From positions 1-64,000 of the forward strand of contig CBFFRP010000072.1 of the NCBI GenBank assembly GCA_965644295.1: a stretch of DNA of 64,000 nt. The letters are read 5' to 3'. Shown one piece after another: positions 49,635 through 61,070 of the stretch. The translations under genes were made by a program, and so were the position numbers. Position 1 is the stretch's first letter, and each line of letters begins with the position of its first letter. The notes beneath the pieces are model-generated. The model was not told the DNA's origin, made no database searches, and worked only from the letters and a program-made list of their open reading frames with translations. Source of the DNA: Paraphysomonas bandaiensis. Lineage: Eukaryota; Protista; Chrysophyceae.

Positions 49635-50345
49635 TGCCCCATTCTGAGCGCGTATTATTGAAAGTCTTTTTATTTAGCAATAGTGGCGAAAGTTAAAAAC
49701 CTGTGCCAATATAGTGGCTAGTTGAATGCTAGACATACTAGTTAGACCTCTACCCATAACTAATCAGCACAAATTCTATTATCCTACTATTTAGCGCTAC
49801 AGAAGCTGCTTGTGCTCGCCGCAAGCACCAAGGTGCGACCACTTCCGTTCTTGATGTTGATTGCGAGTTTCGCCATTGTCGTGTGTCCTAGGACTCACCG
49901 GCGCTATATGATAGATGTGTATGTAGGGGACACGTTGTGCAACGTACAGCATGACAAGTGAAAGCAGTGATCTAAGTCTACTACTACAACACTGGAACAA
50001 TTAAGACTACACATACATTGTGTGCAATTTGCATGGGGAAGAACGGAAGTGGTCGCACCTTGGTGCTTGCGGCGACGCACAAGCAGATTCTGAGCGCGTA
50101 GTACTTAGGTAGATCCGGGTGTGTACCTAACTAATACTTGATTAAGTCCCATATGTTATTTGCTAGCTACCTACTGAACCCAACTAGCTACATCATCTTC
50201 ACACAGTATTCAGCGCTGAAAATGCAGTAAGAACCCGGGTGGGGAACCGCTGAACTAAGCAATGTGTACATAGATAGAAGTGCGGGGTCGCAGCACCCAC
50301 CAGAGGGCCGCACGCAGTCATTAGTTACGCTGTCAGTATGGGGCA
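49635..50345 (+). mobile_element. MITE family A copy interrupted by a family B insertion (49655-50086, -) with a 14-bp TSD
   Basis: ATTCTGAGCGCGTA is duplicated at 49641-54 and 50087-100. MITE termini at 49635 and 50345. Confidence 0.85.
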
Positions 50346-50554
50346 CGACCAAACTGTTCTATGAACCATTTAATACTACTTTGATGTTTTTCGTTTCATA
50401 TTTGTAGCCAATTCTACTTTTTGGGGCAAATTTGTGCCGCCTAAATACCGATAGCCAGATACTCATGAAGCCTTTACCAGCAACAACTGTTGAATCTCTA
50501 CACGTAATTCATCAATTGCACAAATATGAAAACGTCATATAACCAATTTATATG

Positions 50555-50899
50555 CTAATTACTAAAAAATCCACCATAAACATTTCGACATTGTCCACGA
50601 TTAGTCCTCCCTGATGAGGTCCTCGCCATCGGTACTCCTTGGACATAATAACTCGTCACACGAATGGGTATTCTTTCAGTTCTCCCACTTTTATACTTAT
50701 TTACTTCTTCTTCAGATGGTGTAACTTCAAATTTTTCACGATGACCATATATAATTCGGCCACTTTCAGGAGTGTTATCTTCTGCAATATGGACCTGTTG
50801 TCGTGGTCGAAGATGGTGGATTCTGCTCTTATGCAATCTATCAAAGACAGCAGGACCCTTTTGTTTCTTTTTCGATTGAGCAGACGGCATTATGGTCAA
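50555..50899 (-). CDS. Small basic hypothetical protein
   Basis: 114-aa ORF containing VFDRLH and ending GGFFSN, divergent from the next gene. Confidence 0.5.
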   Translation of the reverse strand: MTIMPSAQSKKKQKGPAVFDRLHKSRIHHLRPRQQVHIAEDNTPESGRIIYGHREKFEVTPSEEEVNKYKSGRTERIPIRVTSYYVQGVPMARTSSGRTNRGQCRNVYGGFFSN

Positions 50900-51331
50900 T
50901 TATTTATGCAAATCTCTGTTGTTTTGTCACAATAATACACAACTATAGCAGTTATATATCACCATCCATACTTCCACGATTATACATGCATCTACAGCAG
51001 TCTACATCCAACTGTAGCTATACAACAGCCAGAACGTGTTGCATCGTTGCATCGAATTATAGAATGTTTTTTAGTATTCGTAAGTAGAAAAACTGAGTTT
51101 TTTTGATATTATATATTAAATATGATAGATTTTTCGAGTTGTATTGTATATTTCATGATTTTTGTGTTTTAGGGAATAAAAATTGTGTATATTTATGGCA
51201 TGCATCTGTAGATGTGTATATGTCCAGGCAGTCCATATGTTTAATGGATATCACTCATAGCATGGAGATATAATCAACTCTCACTAATGGTTATATAGAG
51301 TTAAATACACCCTATCTCATACATTGATCAA

Positions 51332-52183
51332 ATGACATCACTATTCGTTCATCGCCTTCAATCCCATAGCTTACCATGCATTAATATCCTCACTAGAGGT
51401 CTTGTTACCAGTCCCACTATGAACAACAAGCTCATTGGATGCATCCTTGATGAACGAATATTTTACATTCCTTCTATTGACCAGCTTCATGAAGGTGATG
51501 CCACAGGTACTTCTCATGACAGTGCTGTAAAGCGTATTGAGAAAACTTCCCACAACGACTACCAGATGCATCATACAGATCCCACTGCGAAATACAGAGA
51601 TAAGCTTTACAAGAAAAATGTTGTTATGAGCAAGCTGCAAAACTCAGAAACAAAAGGGGACGGTCATCTTCTTCGAATTGCACGAGAAAGAGCATCAAAA
51701 TCAGAATTCGATAACAAGCATACCAACGCGATTAGAGATATATTAAAATACATGCACAATAGGAACTTAGCCGTCTCAATACTTCCCATTGAGAAAGACA
51801 AGCTACAAATTGATGATTTAAGTGATAGTATCCGTGGCTTGAACAATATATCTATTTTGTCCGGAGTAGACATAGCCAGTCATCCGGAAACTGTGTTTTC
51901 AGCCACTGAAACGTGGAAACCTATGACAACGGCATCGCCGCACAATTTTCTTTTTGTTAGTCCAACAAATGAACTTATACGAAATGCACATACATTGGGG
52001 TACATAACTTGTCGGTTCAGGTGCTTCATGTTATATATATGCTTCTATTGAAATAATTTTTACTGCAGGAGTGACAACGATAGCGAAGTTGGGCCACGTG
52101 TTCATTCTGTGTACAAATGTTCTACACTAGACAGCATTCGTGATAGTATTGAGGATATGATAGGGATATCATATAGAAGTTAG
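51332..52183 (+). CDS. Hypothetical protein, degenerate HAD-like C-terminus, probable mitochondrial presequence, 2 exons
   Basis: FLFVSPTNELIRNAHTLGYITCRFR|S...IEDMIGISYRS. Intron at 52021-52068. Confidence 0.55.
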
Positions 52184-52884
52184 ATTAAATATATGAAATA
52201 ATAAAGTTGTAGTTGGAATTGGTTCAGTACATTCCTTGGAATGTTATGACGTGGTTTACAGAGCTACAGTTCTGGCGGTACTGTTATTGGTTCTGTATGT
52301 CATAATCACACAGTGTTAGCAAGATTACAAGTGCTAATTTGTTCTTGCAATGACTTCTACTTGTTTGTTTCCCTCTAGCTGCGATATACTGTGCGGAGCC
52401 ACTCATATTAATTACTCTTCTCAACTGATGAAGCTGCATCTGTTCTCAGAAATCTCTGTTTATCATATCTTCACTAGTCACTCCAATATCTTATATAGTC
52501 GGTACATCTGTAACTGAATTTACTTCCTTTGGAACTATATTTACCCATTACATCTATGAGTTGATTTCACATATTACACACTATAAACTCACATCTATTA
52601 TCAATTGCACAATATATATCGCATCATACTGCAGAACTCATCGTATCGGTGGATTGGCAAAATATTATATGATGAATATCATAGTTACTGTATTGATTGA
52701 CTGTAGTACATATAAGTAGTACCCCACAACTAATTGTAACAAATAAAAGCAATATTATACTTAAAATGTAGGTTGTAATGACAGGAACTCGATATAAATT
52801 ACACCCACAGTGACATGTATTGACTAACATGTCGTTCCAATATCTCCACGTCAGATGTCATACTGTTACTTCTTCGCTGTTCTC

Positions 52885-53730
52885 TTACTCACAGTAACAC
52901 ACTCCTTCTTTGCTTCCGCATGAGCAGGACATGCCCTCACAGCACACGATTTGAGGAGCAAACCCAGGGGAGTCATGGTTTCCAGCGGCGCAAACTTGGC
53001 CTCTAGGCTGACACGAAGGATTTTCAGGAGTACCCAAAGTCTGATTAAACGATTCAGTCTGTGTGTGTGGAGTAAAGATGGACATATCTAGATTCCATTT
53101 ATCTCCACTCCATTGAGCCCAAATGCTGTGATCTACAAAACTAGAGTCAAATCGGGGAGGGACAGACAGCAATAGAGATACCTTCGTACTCGCAGCCCGT
53201 ATTGGGGTGAACCAATAAGCTGAATTCACCACGGTGCTGTACGTACCACGGAACGACTCGATTGTAGTAATGTACGGGCACAAACATACCTGCGGATTGT
53301 CACTTACATCATACGCATACAAATTCAGACTTACTCCACTCGCCAACAGGGAAAGGTCCGAGAGTAACATCCAACTCGTGGTCATATATCATACACAATT
53401 CGCCATTATCTACAAATATATTAACGAAGGCAGAGGTATCTTATAGCCCATACCGTATCTTCCCGAGGGATCATTGGAGGTACCCCTACACACAGGGTCC
53501 TCTCCCAGCAGATCTGCAAACACGACAAGAGCTTCCTCCCTTAATTCTCCTGCTCGTTTAATTTGATCTTTGTTCGTTAGCATATAAGTAATGTGTACGT
53601 GATATGACATTATAGTCGGATACGAGTCACAGTCGACTGTATCTTTAAGGGATGATGTATATCGATCTGGATGACTTACAACGCCATTGATAATAGCAAA
53701 CAGAGTTGTGAGTGTAGTGACGAGAAACAT
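52885..53730 (-). CDS. Secreted DOPA 4,5-dioxygenase-family protein with a Cys-rich C-terminus, 4 exons
   Basis: Signal peptide, then spliced motifs MSYHVHI, GPFPVGEW|SMFVP, PWYVQHRGEFSLLVHPNTGCEYE|DHSIWAQWSG. Confidence 0.8.
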
Positions 53731-53858
53731 ATTGCCGGATAGAGTATAATAACAAGGATATATTGGTCAGGTGTGGGATAGTTAGCTCCCTATGACAATG
53801 TACATACTATACATGTATATATACTCTATTGGTAGTGTTCTGTTCTGTATATCATGTA

Positions 53859-55501
53859 CAGTCAGTTCTCGATATCGTCAATGAGGTATGGTAAAAATGT
53901 CCGTTATGGGAAATAAAATAGGCTTGGTACGGGGTTTTTAAGCTAAAACCCCAGATTTTATATAAAACTACAGTTTTTTAATAAAAATCCCCTATTTTGC
54001 GTGACTTTTGTAAAAGTGATTATAGAAGTTAGCAATATAGTATGCAACAGAGAGTATCATGAACACATTCATAATATATACTCACAATGTTGTACGTAAC
54101 GATGTCAGTTGAATGCAGCATCGGTACCAAGCGCAAGAAATCTTTGAGTACTTTCTCGGATGTGCAGAAATGAAACTTCGTGAAAGAATATAAAGAGGTC
54201 ATTTCAAAACCCTCAACCAATTCGTTGCATACAAGAAGAATATATTTAGCTGTTCAGCATTATGCAAATGGATTAAAGCCAGTGATAATGGGACATTGAA
54301 GATTGAAACTTGCACAGGCCGCAAGAAGCAACGGAAGGGTTTATTTCCTGAGGTGGAGAAGAAAATTGTTGACTACATTAAATTTCGCCAGGAGCACTAC
54401 AACATAGATAAATGTGGCTTAAGCCGGTTGTATCTGCAGCAGATGGCTAAGGACTATGCAAAGGTTTAGAAGATTCAGAAGCTAGTAATATATTCTTAAT
54501 ATTGTGCTTCATAGGTAATCTATGCGGATGATCAGGAATCACTCAGTTTATTTAAAGCTTCTACTGGTTGGTTACGCAATGTATTGAAGAGTCGGAACAA
54601 TTATGTTCATGTCAATCTGCACGGAGAGGCTAATGAAGTCAGCGATGCTAACGCAGCGGTTGCTATGGAAGACTTCAAGCGGAAGTTGGATGAGTTGTGC
54701 GTAAGTCAAGGGGTACCAATAGATAGAATTTTCAATGCAGACCAAACTGGACTGTATTATGGCAAAAACCCCAATGGCATATACTGCGACGCTGAAGTGA
54801 GTAAGACGATACGTGGGGCCAAGCAGATGAAAGACAAGGAGCGTGTGACAATTATGGTTTGTTCTTCGCCCTTCGAAAAGGTTCCATTGGCGGTCATTGG
54901 AAAGTCAGCGAATCCTGCATGCTTTCGCATGTGTTCTAAGGGCAGACCTCCCTTACATTACATTAGTCAAACCCATGGCTGGTTTGACAGAAATATTACT
55001 ATATGGTGGATCAATTCGGTATTTGATCCTTGGTACAGACGACGATTTGGATCACTTAAGTGTATTATATTGCTTGACAACTGCTCGGTGCAGAGATCTA
55101 ATTCTACACTATAGCAGCGTTATGTAGTAACTATGTTATACAGCTGTCCTGTGTCGTTAAGACAACGCATTTTTATCATGTAATAACAAGGCTTACCACA
55201 TAATTAATCTGTTGTGCTGTAATAGAAAGTTTTTCAGCCTTAAACACAGTATCCTGCTAAATTCAATTGTGATATCTAGAATTTTAAACATAGACTTAGG
55301 GTTTTTAGTATAAAACCGTGGTTTTAATATCCAAAAACTGAGTTTTATGAAAAATATCTGAATTTTTAAACAAAAACTGGCTTTTTTATAAATAAACCTG
55401 TTTTTTTTCAAATAAAACCTGGGTTTTTAATGGTAAAAATGTCTGTTATTGGAAATTGTAACCCTATGGTACAATCCATTGACGATATCGAGAACTGACT
55501 G
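53859..55501 (+). mobile_element. pogo/Tigger (Tc1-mariner, DDE_1) transposon, defective
   Basis: Perfect 25-bp TIR CAGTCAGTTCTCGATATCGTCAATG with TA on both flanks. Transposase motifs FKASTGWL, IFNADQTGL, KERVTIMVC and ILLDNCS. Premature stops; third catalytic residue region missing. Confidence 0.95.
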
Positions 55502-56128
55502 TACATATATGGTATATGCCGCATATGGCCTGTACGGTATGAGGGTACCATGGTGTACGTCCACCTCTCCATAGTATATGCTGCTGCTGTATATCTGTAT
55601 GGTAGTATTATACCTACAGTATATACCACAAAAATACTCAACACATCTCCACCAATACTCATCTCGTAACTTTAAATGATTGGGTATCTAGAAATCGTCA
55701 TTGTACATCAAAATCTGCTTAAAAAATACCCCTTTCTGTAAAATAATGCTGAAAATAATCCCAAAAATTTGAGAATAAGCTAAAATTTCACTATAAATGT
55801 TGTACAGTGATGATAGGTGCATAATAGCAGCATGATCATAATTAAGCTGACCAGACAAGACTATAAGGAGCAGATACACACGATAAGTATACTTTGATCC
55901 TGATTAACAGTGAGATGATTCTTCGTAATAGTTTCTATATGTATGTATCCCTCTAGTGACGATATACTGTACAGTGTCCCTCATATACATACACACACAC
56001 CCCACTAACAGGAACTACTCGCTTCTATCAGCTGATTAGCTCAGTATTATATGATGAATAACGCAAGTTCTCTTTAGTAAAGTGGTTTACTGTTATTGTA
56101 TTCATTGACTGTATTACATATAAGTGAT

Positions 56129-58510
56129 ATGGATACAACTTCTCATAGTGCGGATAGTTTTTCATTAGATTCTTCGATACATAATTTGTTAGCTACATCA
56201 AATAATGTTAGAGAACAATGGGCGGTGTCATTCTCTGATTTTATTCGATGGCTAACAATTAAAGTAGACGACGATTCTTTGGATCAAAAAGATGAAAACT
56301 GTGGAGTATTACCTGTCGATGCATGCGAAGAAATTCACGCAATGCCTGAATTAACGAGTTTCTGTTGCTCCGGTGTGGGTGGTTTTCGTGCTGCTTTACT
56401 TAGTGGGCGAGCATCTGATAAGGATCTCGATATTATATTTACACGTTCTCGCTCTTACATATTCGTTGATGTCAAAGGCGTTGTCCTACTGAATCCACGG
56501 TCCACTGTTTTTCTTTGCTGGCAGACTGTGAATCTCTTTTGTACTGTTCTCTGTTCAATGTTTGTTCCTGTAGAGGTGGCTTTTTCTTTCCAAGAACTTG
56601 GAATGTGGACGCAAATACTAGGGGCTTTCTTCGAAGTGTTTTTTATGCTTGATATTGTGTGTAACCTAAATCTTCCTGTATATGACAAGCACAATAGTCG
56701 TATAATTGGTGACAGAGCTATTATTCGAAAAGAGTACATGAAGTTTTGGTTTTGGGTGGATGCGATATCTTGTTTACCACTTGATATTTTGGAGCTGTGC
56801 CTTGGAGAAGGCACTGTTCATGTGATGTTGGATATTTTCCGGATAGTCCGTGTGCTAAAGATATCGAAGCTCATACGGCTCCTCCGCGCTGACCTCTTAG
56901 TGGTAGCCATTCAGGACTACATATCACTGAGTCATGTTGAGATTCAATTGATGAAATTATTATTTCTGGTCGTCATGACGATTCACTTCATGGCGTGTGG
57001 ACTATTTGTCATTGCTGCCCTTGAGGAAACGCAGACAAATTGGATGGAGGAAAATCACATACTCGTGGCAGTAGCAGCCACCAAGTATGCATGTGCAGTG
57101 TACTGGGCGACAATGACCGCAACTACAATAGGTATATTAGATTCGTAGATGAATTCGTGACATATAATGACTATTACAGGATACGGAGACATTGAAATGG
57201 TGACACCTTTCGAGCGGTCGTACTCTACGATATGCATGGTAATTGGCGCCTCCGTTTACGCTTTCATCACCTCCCGACTTGTTGGTATGCTCCTCCGGTC
57301 GTCATCTAAGGGGTCCATCCCTTCAACTACTTCCTCGGATCCCCTTGAGGATTTCGAGAGCATTATTCGAGGATTAAGTGAGTTGCCTGTAGTTCACAGA
57401 GCGGTCTTGACAGACTACTTGGCCAACAGAGAGGTTAATAGGGTTAATGATGGCACCAAGGATCTGTTAAAGGTAAGCGCTGATTTATTTATCTGTTGGC
57501 ATATCAGCACCATCGACTGTAACTTTTATTGGACACAGGTACTATCACCGAAATTACGAGCCCTATTAGGACGTACATTTTACCGCACCATGGTTAATCG
57601 TGTACCGCTTCTGTGTCCTCCTGGGTGCTCGGGTGCTACTTTAGATAGCATTTGTGGTGAAGTGGCATTGTGTTTGCAGTACGATACATACATGCCAGGA
57701 GAAATTATCGTCACTGTCGAACACAGTCTTGGAGAAATATCACGTAGAAAGAGATTGAGCATCGTTGACAGAGGCAGCGTCCTCGTGCATAAGAAAAATA
57801 TGATACGCACGCTGCATAGGTATGTTTGTGAAATTATCTGGATATTTTCCATTTCGTATGTCCGAGTAGCGCTTTGGTTGTTGTATGTATATTATTGTTG
57901 CATAATGGAATTGTCGATTATGAAAAGGTATCAGTATTTCGGAGAAGAGACGATACTATTGCGGAATGAAAGCGTTAAGTATCGGCAAATTTCCAGCAGC
58001 ACATCTAGTTATTGCGGGCTCTATATTCTGACTACACATGCAGTGGATGATTTGCTGACGAAATTCCCAGTACTGAAAAAAAATGTATGTCTATATCTTG
58101 CCGGCTTTTGTGTGTGTAAACAACACTGCAGTTTCAGAGATATCGAGTCAAGCTTGCGTTCAGAATAGGGGTAGTAAAAGCCATTCGCAGAGTATGTATC
58201 TTGCTACTACGTTTACCATGTCACCTAGTCCTGAATGTGTTTCGCTCTGCAGATAAGGCGTTGCATGGCGATAGAAAACGGCCGCTTTTCGGAAGTTTCA
58301 GAGTTAGACAGTACCAATATAGACTTATCTAGAAAGAACACAGTGCCAGAAACAATAAGCAATATGAGCAATGGAGGCTTAAGTAACACAGAAGATGTCA
58401 GGGAATTGATTGACGAGGTAAAGACTTTGCGGCTTAAAGTGTCATCGCTTTTACATACCTTAACGGAGAGAGAGTTATCACTCGCTGGAAATGATTCGGA
58501 TAGTACGTAG
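56129..58510 (+). CDS. Cyclic-nucleotide-binding-domain K+ channel (EAG/KCNH-like), multi-exon
   Basis: S4 RIVRVLKISKLIRLLR, pore YWATMTATTIG|YGDI split by an intron (57132-57179), and CNBD (PGEII, YFGEE). Confidence 0.88.
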
Positions 58511-59499
58511 CTATGGAAGATATAGTATTCATAGCCATTCAATTTTATAAGTAGCGAATGATATTAATATAGAGTATGAAATCCGAATGTCCATCTTGCA
58601 CATAACTGTGTTTATCAACAATTCAAGCTCAGAGAAAATTTTCTAAATGTAGTATTTTCACTATAAACCCACAATGCTATAATTGGACATTTCATCAAAG
58701 TTAAACTTAAACTTGCTTTGTTGCACACACGCAATAACTGAATTCACTTCTTTTGACACTAAATTTACCATCCACTTCTATTGGTTGGTTGTACCTCTTC
58801 ACGTCAGCTGTACCATATATCATATATATCATCTCATTCCTCAACACACAGTATATATTGCAATAGTTTGTATTAACTCCGATACTACTCATCAGAACAG
58901 TACAATATATTGTTAATTGTTTACGAATAAGTAATTTCCCCTTGTAATGTAGAATGAATTATATTTCTTCTCTGTAGCGTTTGATACAAATCACATATCT
59001 CGAAACACCAATTGACGCAACCAAGGGTACTGAGCATTACACTGTTACACTGTGCAACAGAGTCTTGCGTCTTGTGATATACATTGAATGATATCTATTA
59101 AATTCGTTAAGTTGCAAGGTAAATTCGTTTGAAACTTCTAAGCGCGCCTGGCACCTGTCATATATACACACAAATATCCTGATTAATAATAGAGTTGGTC
59201 ATATATTATTGTATAATATAATCAGTAGCAGTAAAACGGTTCCCCTGCTAATAGTGGGTATGACTGCTAATATAATCTGTTGCGGTATGACTGTGTGATA
59301 TACATGCATGAGATTACATGTTTCAGGGGCTGTTGATAGGCTCAACTCCTCAGTTTAGCAGTACTGGATAGTGGGTGGTTTGGCATGACCGGGTTTATGT
59401 ACTGCCTTTATGCTTATTTCGAGTAGAACATATCCATTGACATGTTTAGGGCAGTGGTGTCAATGAGGGCCGGGTGCTGGAGGAGGCAGAGGTCACTGG

Positions 59500-60250
59500 C
59501 AGAGCAGCATCTCCAGCAACATCATCTTTGCTATCACAGGGAACAGAGCAGAAATTGGGCAGGAAGGAGGCCGCAAATTTCCATTCAGTGGTGGCCAAAT
59601 TGCTATATCTATCGATAAGAGTTAGACCAGACATCCTGCTCAGTATATAGCACCTTACCACGAGAGTTAAGGGTCCAACAATCGGAGATCAGCAGAAGCT
59701 GGATCGAGCACTGAAATACCTTGCGCACACAAGGGATCAAGACCTGCAGCTAAAGATTGGAGAACAACTGCGGGTAAGAAGCTTCACGACGCTTCATTCG
59801 CCACCCACGAAGACGGCAGAGGGCACACAGGCGTAGTTGTCCAGCTTGGAGGGGCCACGGTACTATGCCGATCAACTAAGCAAGGAATCGTGACAAAAGA
59901 CTCGACAGAATCCGAGCTGGTCGGCCTGTCTGATATGGTGTCTAATGCGCTGAAATTACATGAGTTTGTGTGTGGGCAGGGCTATGCGCTTGACCCACCT
60001 GTTATTTATCAGGACAACTTGTCGAACCTCAGCCTCGTGACGAAGGGAGGAGGTCGATATAGGTCGAAATATCTGCGCGTGAGACATGCTTTGATTAAAG
60101 AGTTACACGACAATGGGGAAATCGAGCTGGTGTACTTACCCACTGGGGAAATGCTGGCAGATGTACTGACTAAACCCCTGCAGGGTAATTATTTCGCCAT
60201 TCGATATGTCTGATCGTTAGGAACGAGTAGACACATCACAGGGGTGCGTA
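59500..60250 (+). mobile_element. Copia LTR retrotransposon remnant (RT C-terminus / RNase H + PPT)
   Basis: FHSVVAKLLYL..RVRPDI, DASFATHEDGRGHTG, TKDSTESELV, YQDN and MLADVLTKPLQG. One stop and one frameshift. PPT-like acaggggtgcg at ~60238-48. Confidence 0.92.
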
Positions 60251-60337
60251 GAGAAATGAGAGGATGTTCTTTTCAGTATAAGATATGCATAGGGCACATA
60301 GAGGCGTATGGTGTTATATTATCCATTCCGAACGAGT

Positions 60338-60538
60338 AGACATATCAAATGGCGAAATAAATTACCCTGCAGGGGTTTAGTCAAGACATCTGCCAGCATT
60401 TCCCCAGTGGGTAAGTACACCAGCTTGATTTCCCCATTGTCGTGTAACTATTTAATCAAAGCCTGTCTCACGCGCAGATATTTCGACCTATATCAACCTC
60501 CTCCCTTCGTCACAAGGCTGAGATTCGACAAGTTGTCC
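60338..60538 (-). repeat. Inverted duplication of Copia RNase H segment 60012-60211
   Basis: ~200-bp reverse-complement match with about ten differences, separated by a 126-bp spacer. Confidence 0.92.
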
Positions 60539-61070
60539 AATTATGTGTAGCTTATTCCAGCCGTAGTTGTACTGCAGTAATAGAGTGTATATTTGATTCA
60601 ATTTATTTCCGAAAAATAAGATGCTGACTGCTGATATGATGCAGTGTTAGAAGGCAACGGGGGTATTCCGTCCGTTTATTGATCTGTAGCATCCGTAACT
60701 TTACGACCGAGTACCGTATTTTTCTCTGTGCCAATTCTAGAATTGTACACCACTGCTGTACAGAGTATGTAATACGGTATATACAGCTGTGTATGGCGTT
60801 TTTTAGCTGTTATATGTCCACTGGTGCAACGTTTGAATACAAGTACTTGCAGGTGCTTGTATATACAGCAGGAGGTTATATAGGTGTACACTATAGAGGC
60901 CATCGAGTTGAATAATAAAACGAAGTATGAAATCTATTGGATTAGACTGCTAACTTCACACTTCATTCTTATACGTCAAGAGTAATGTGGGGAGATAGTA
61001 TAACATATTGAAATATACGTACCAACATCCACTATAAGTATATATATATATAGATAGATAGATAAGAATT

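Noticed and set aside
49865-49902. Hammerhead-like string ccggtgagtcctaggac...cgaaac (minus strand); also ctgacga at 29761
   Set aside because: Core mismatches (CUGAUGA not intact), GAAA not adjacent to stem II, no stems I/III, and not conserved across copies.
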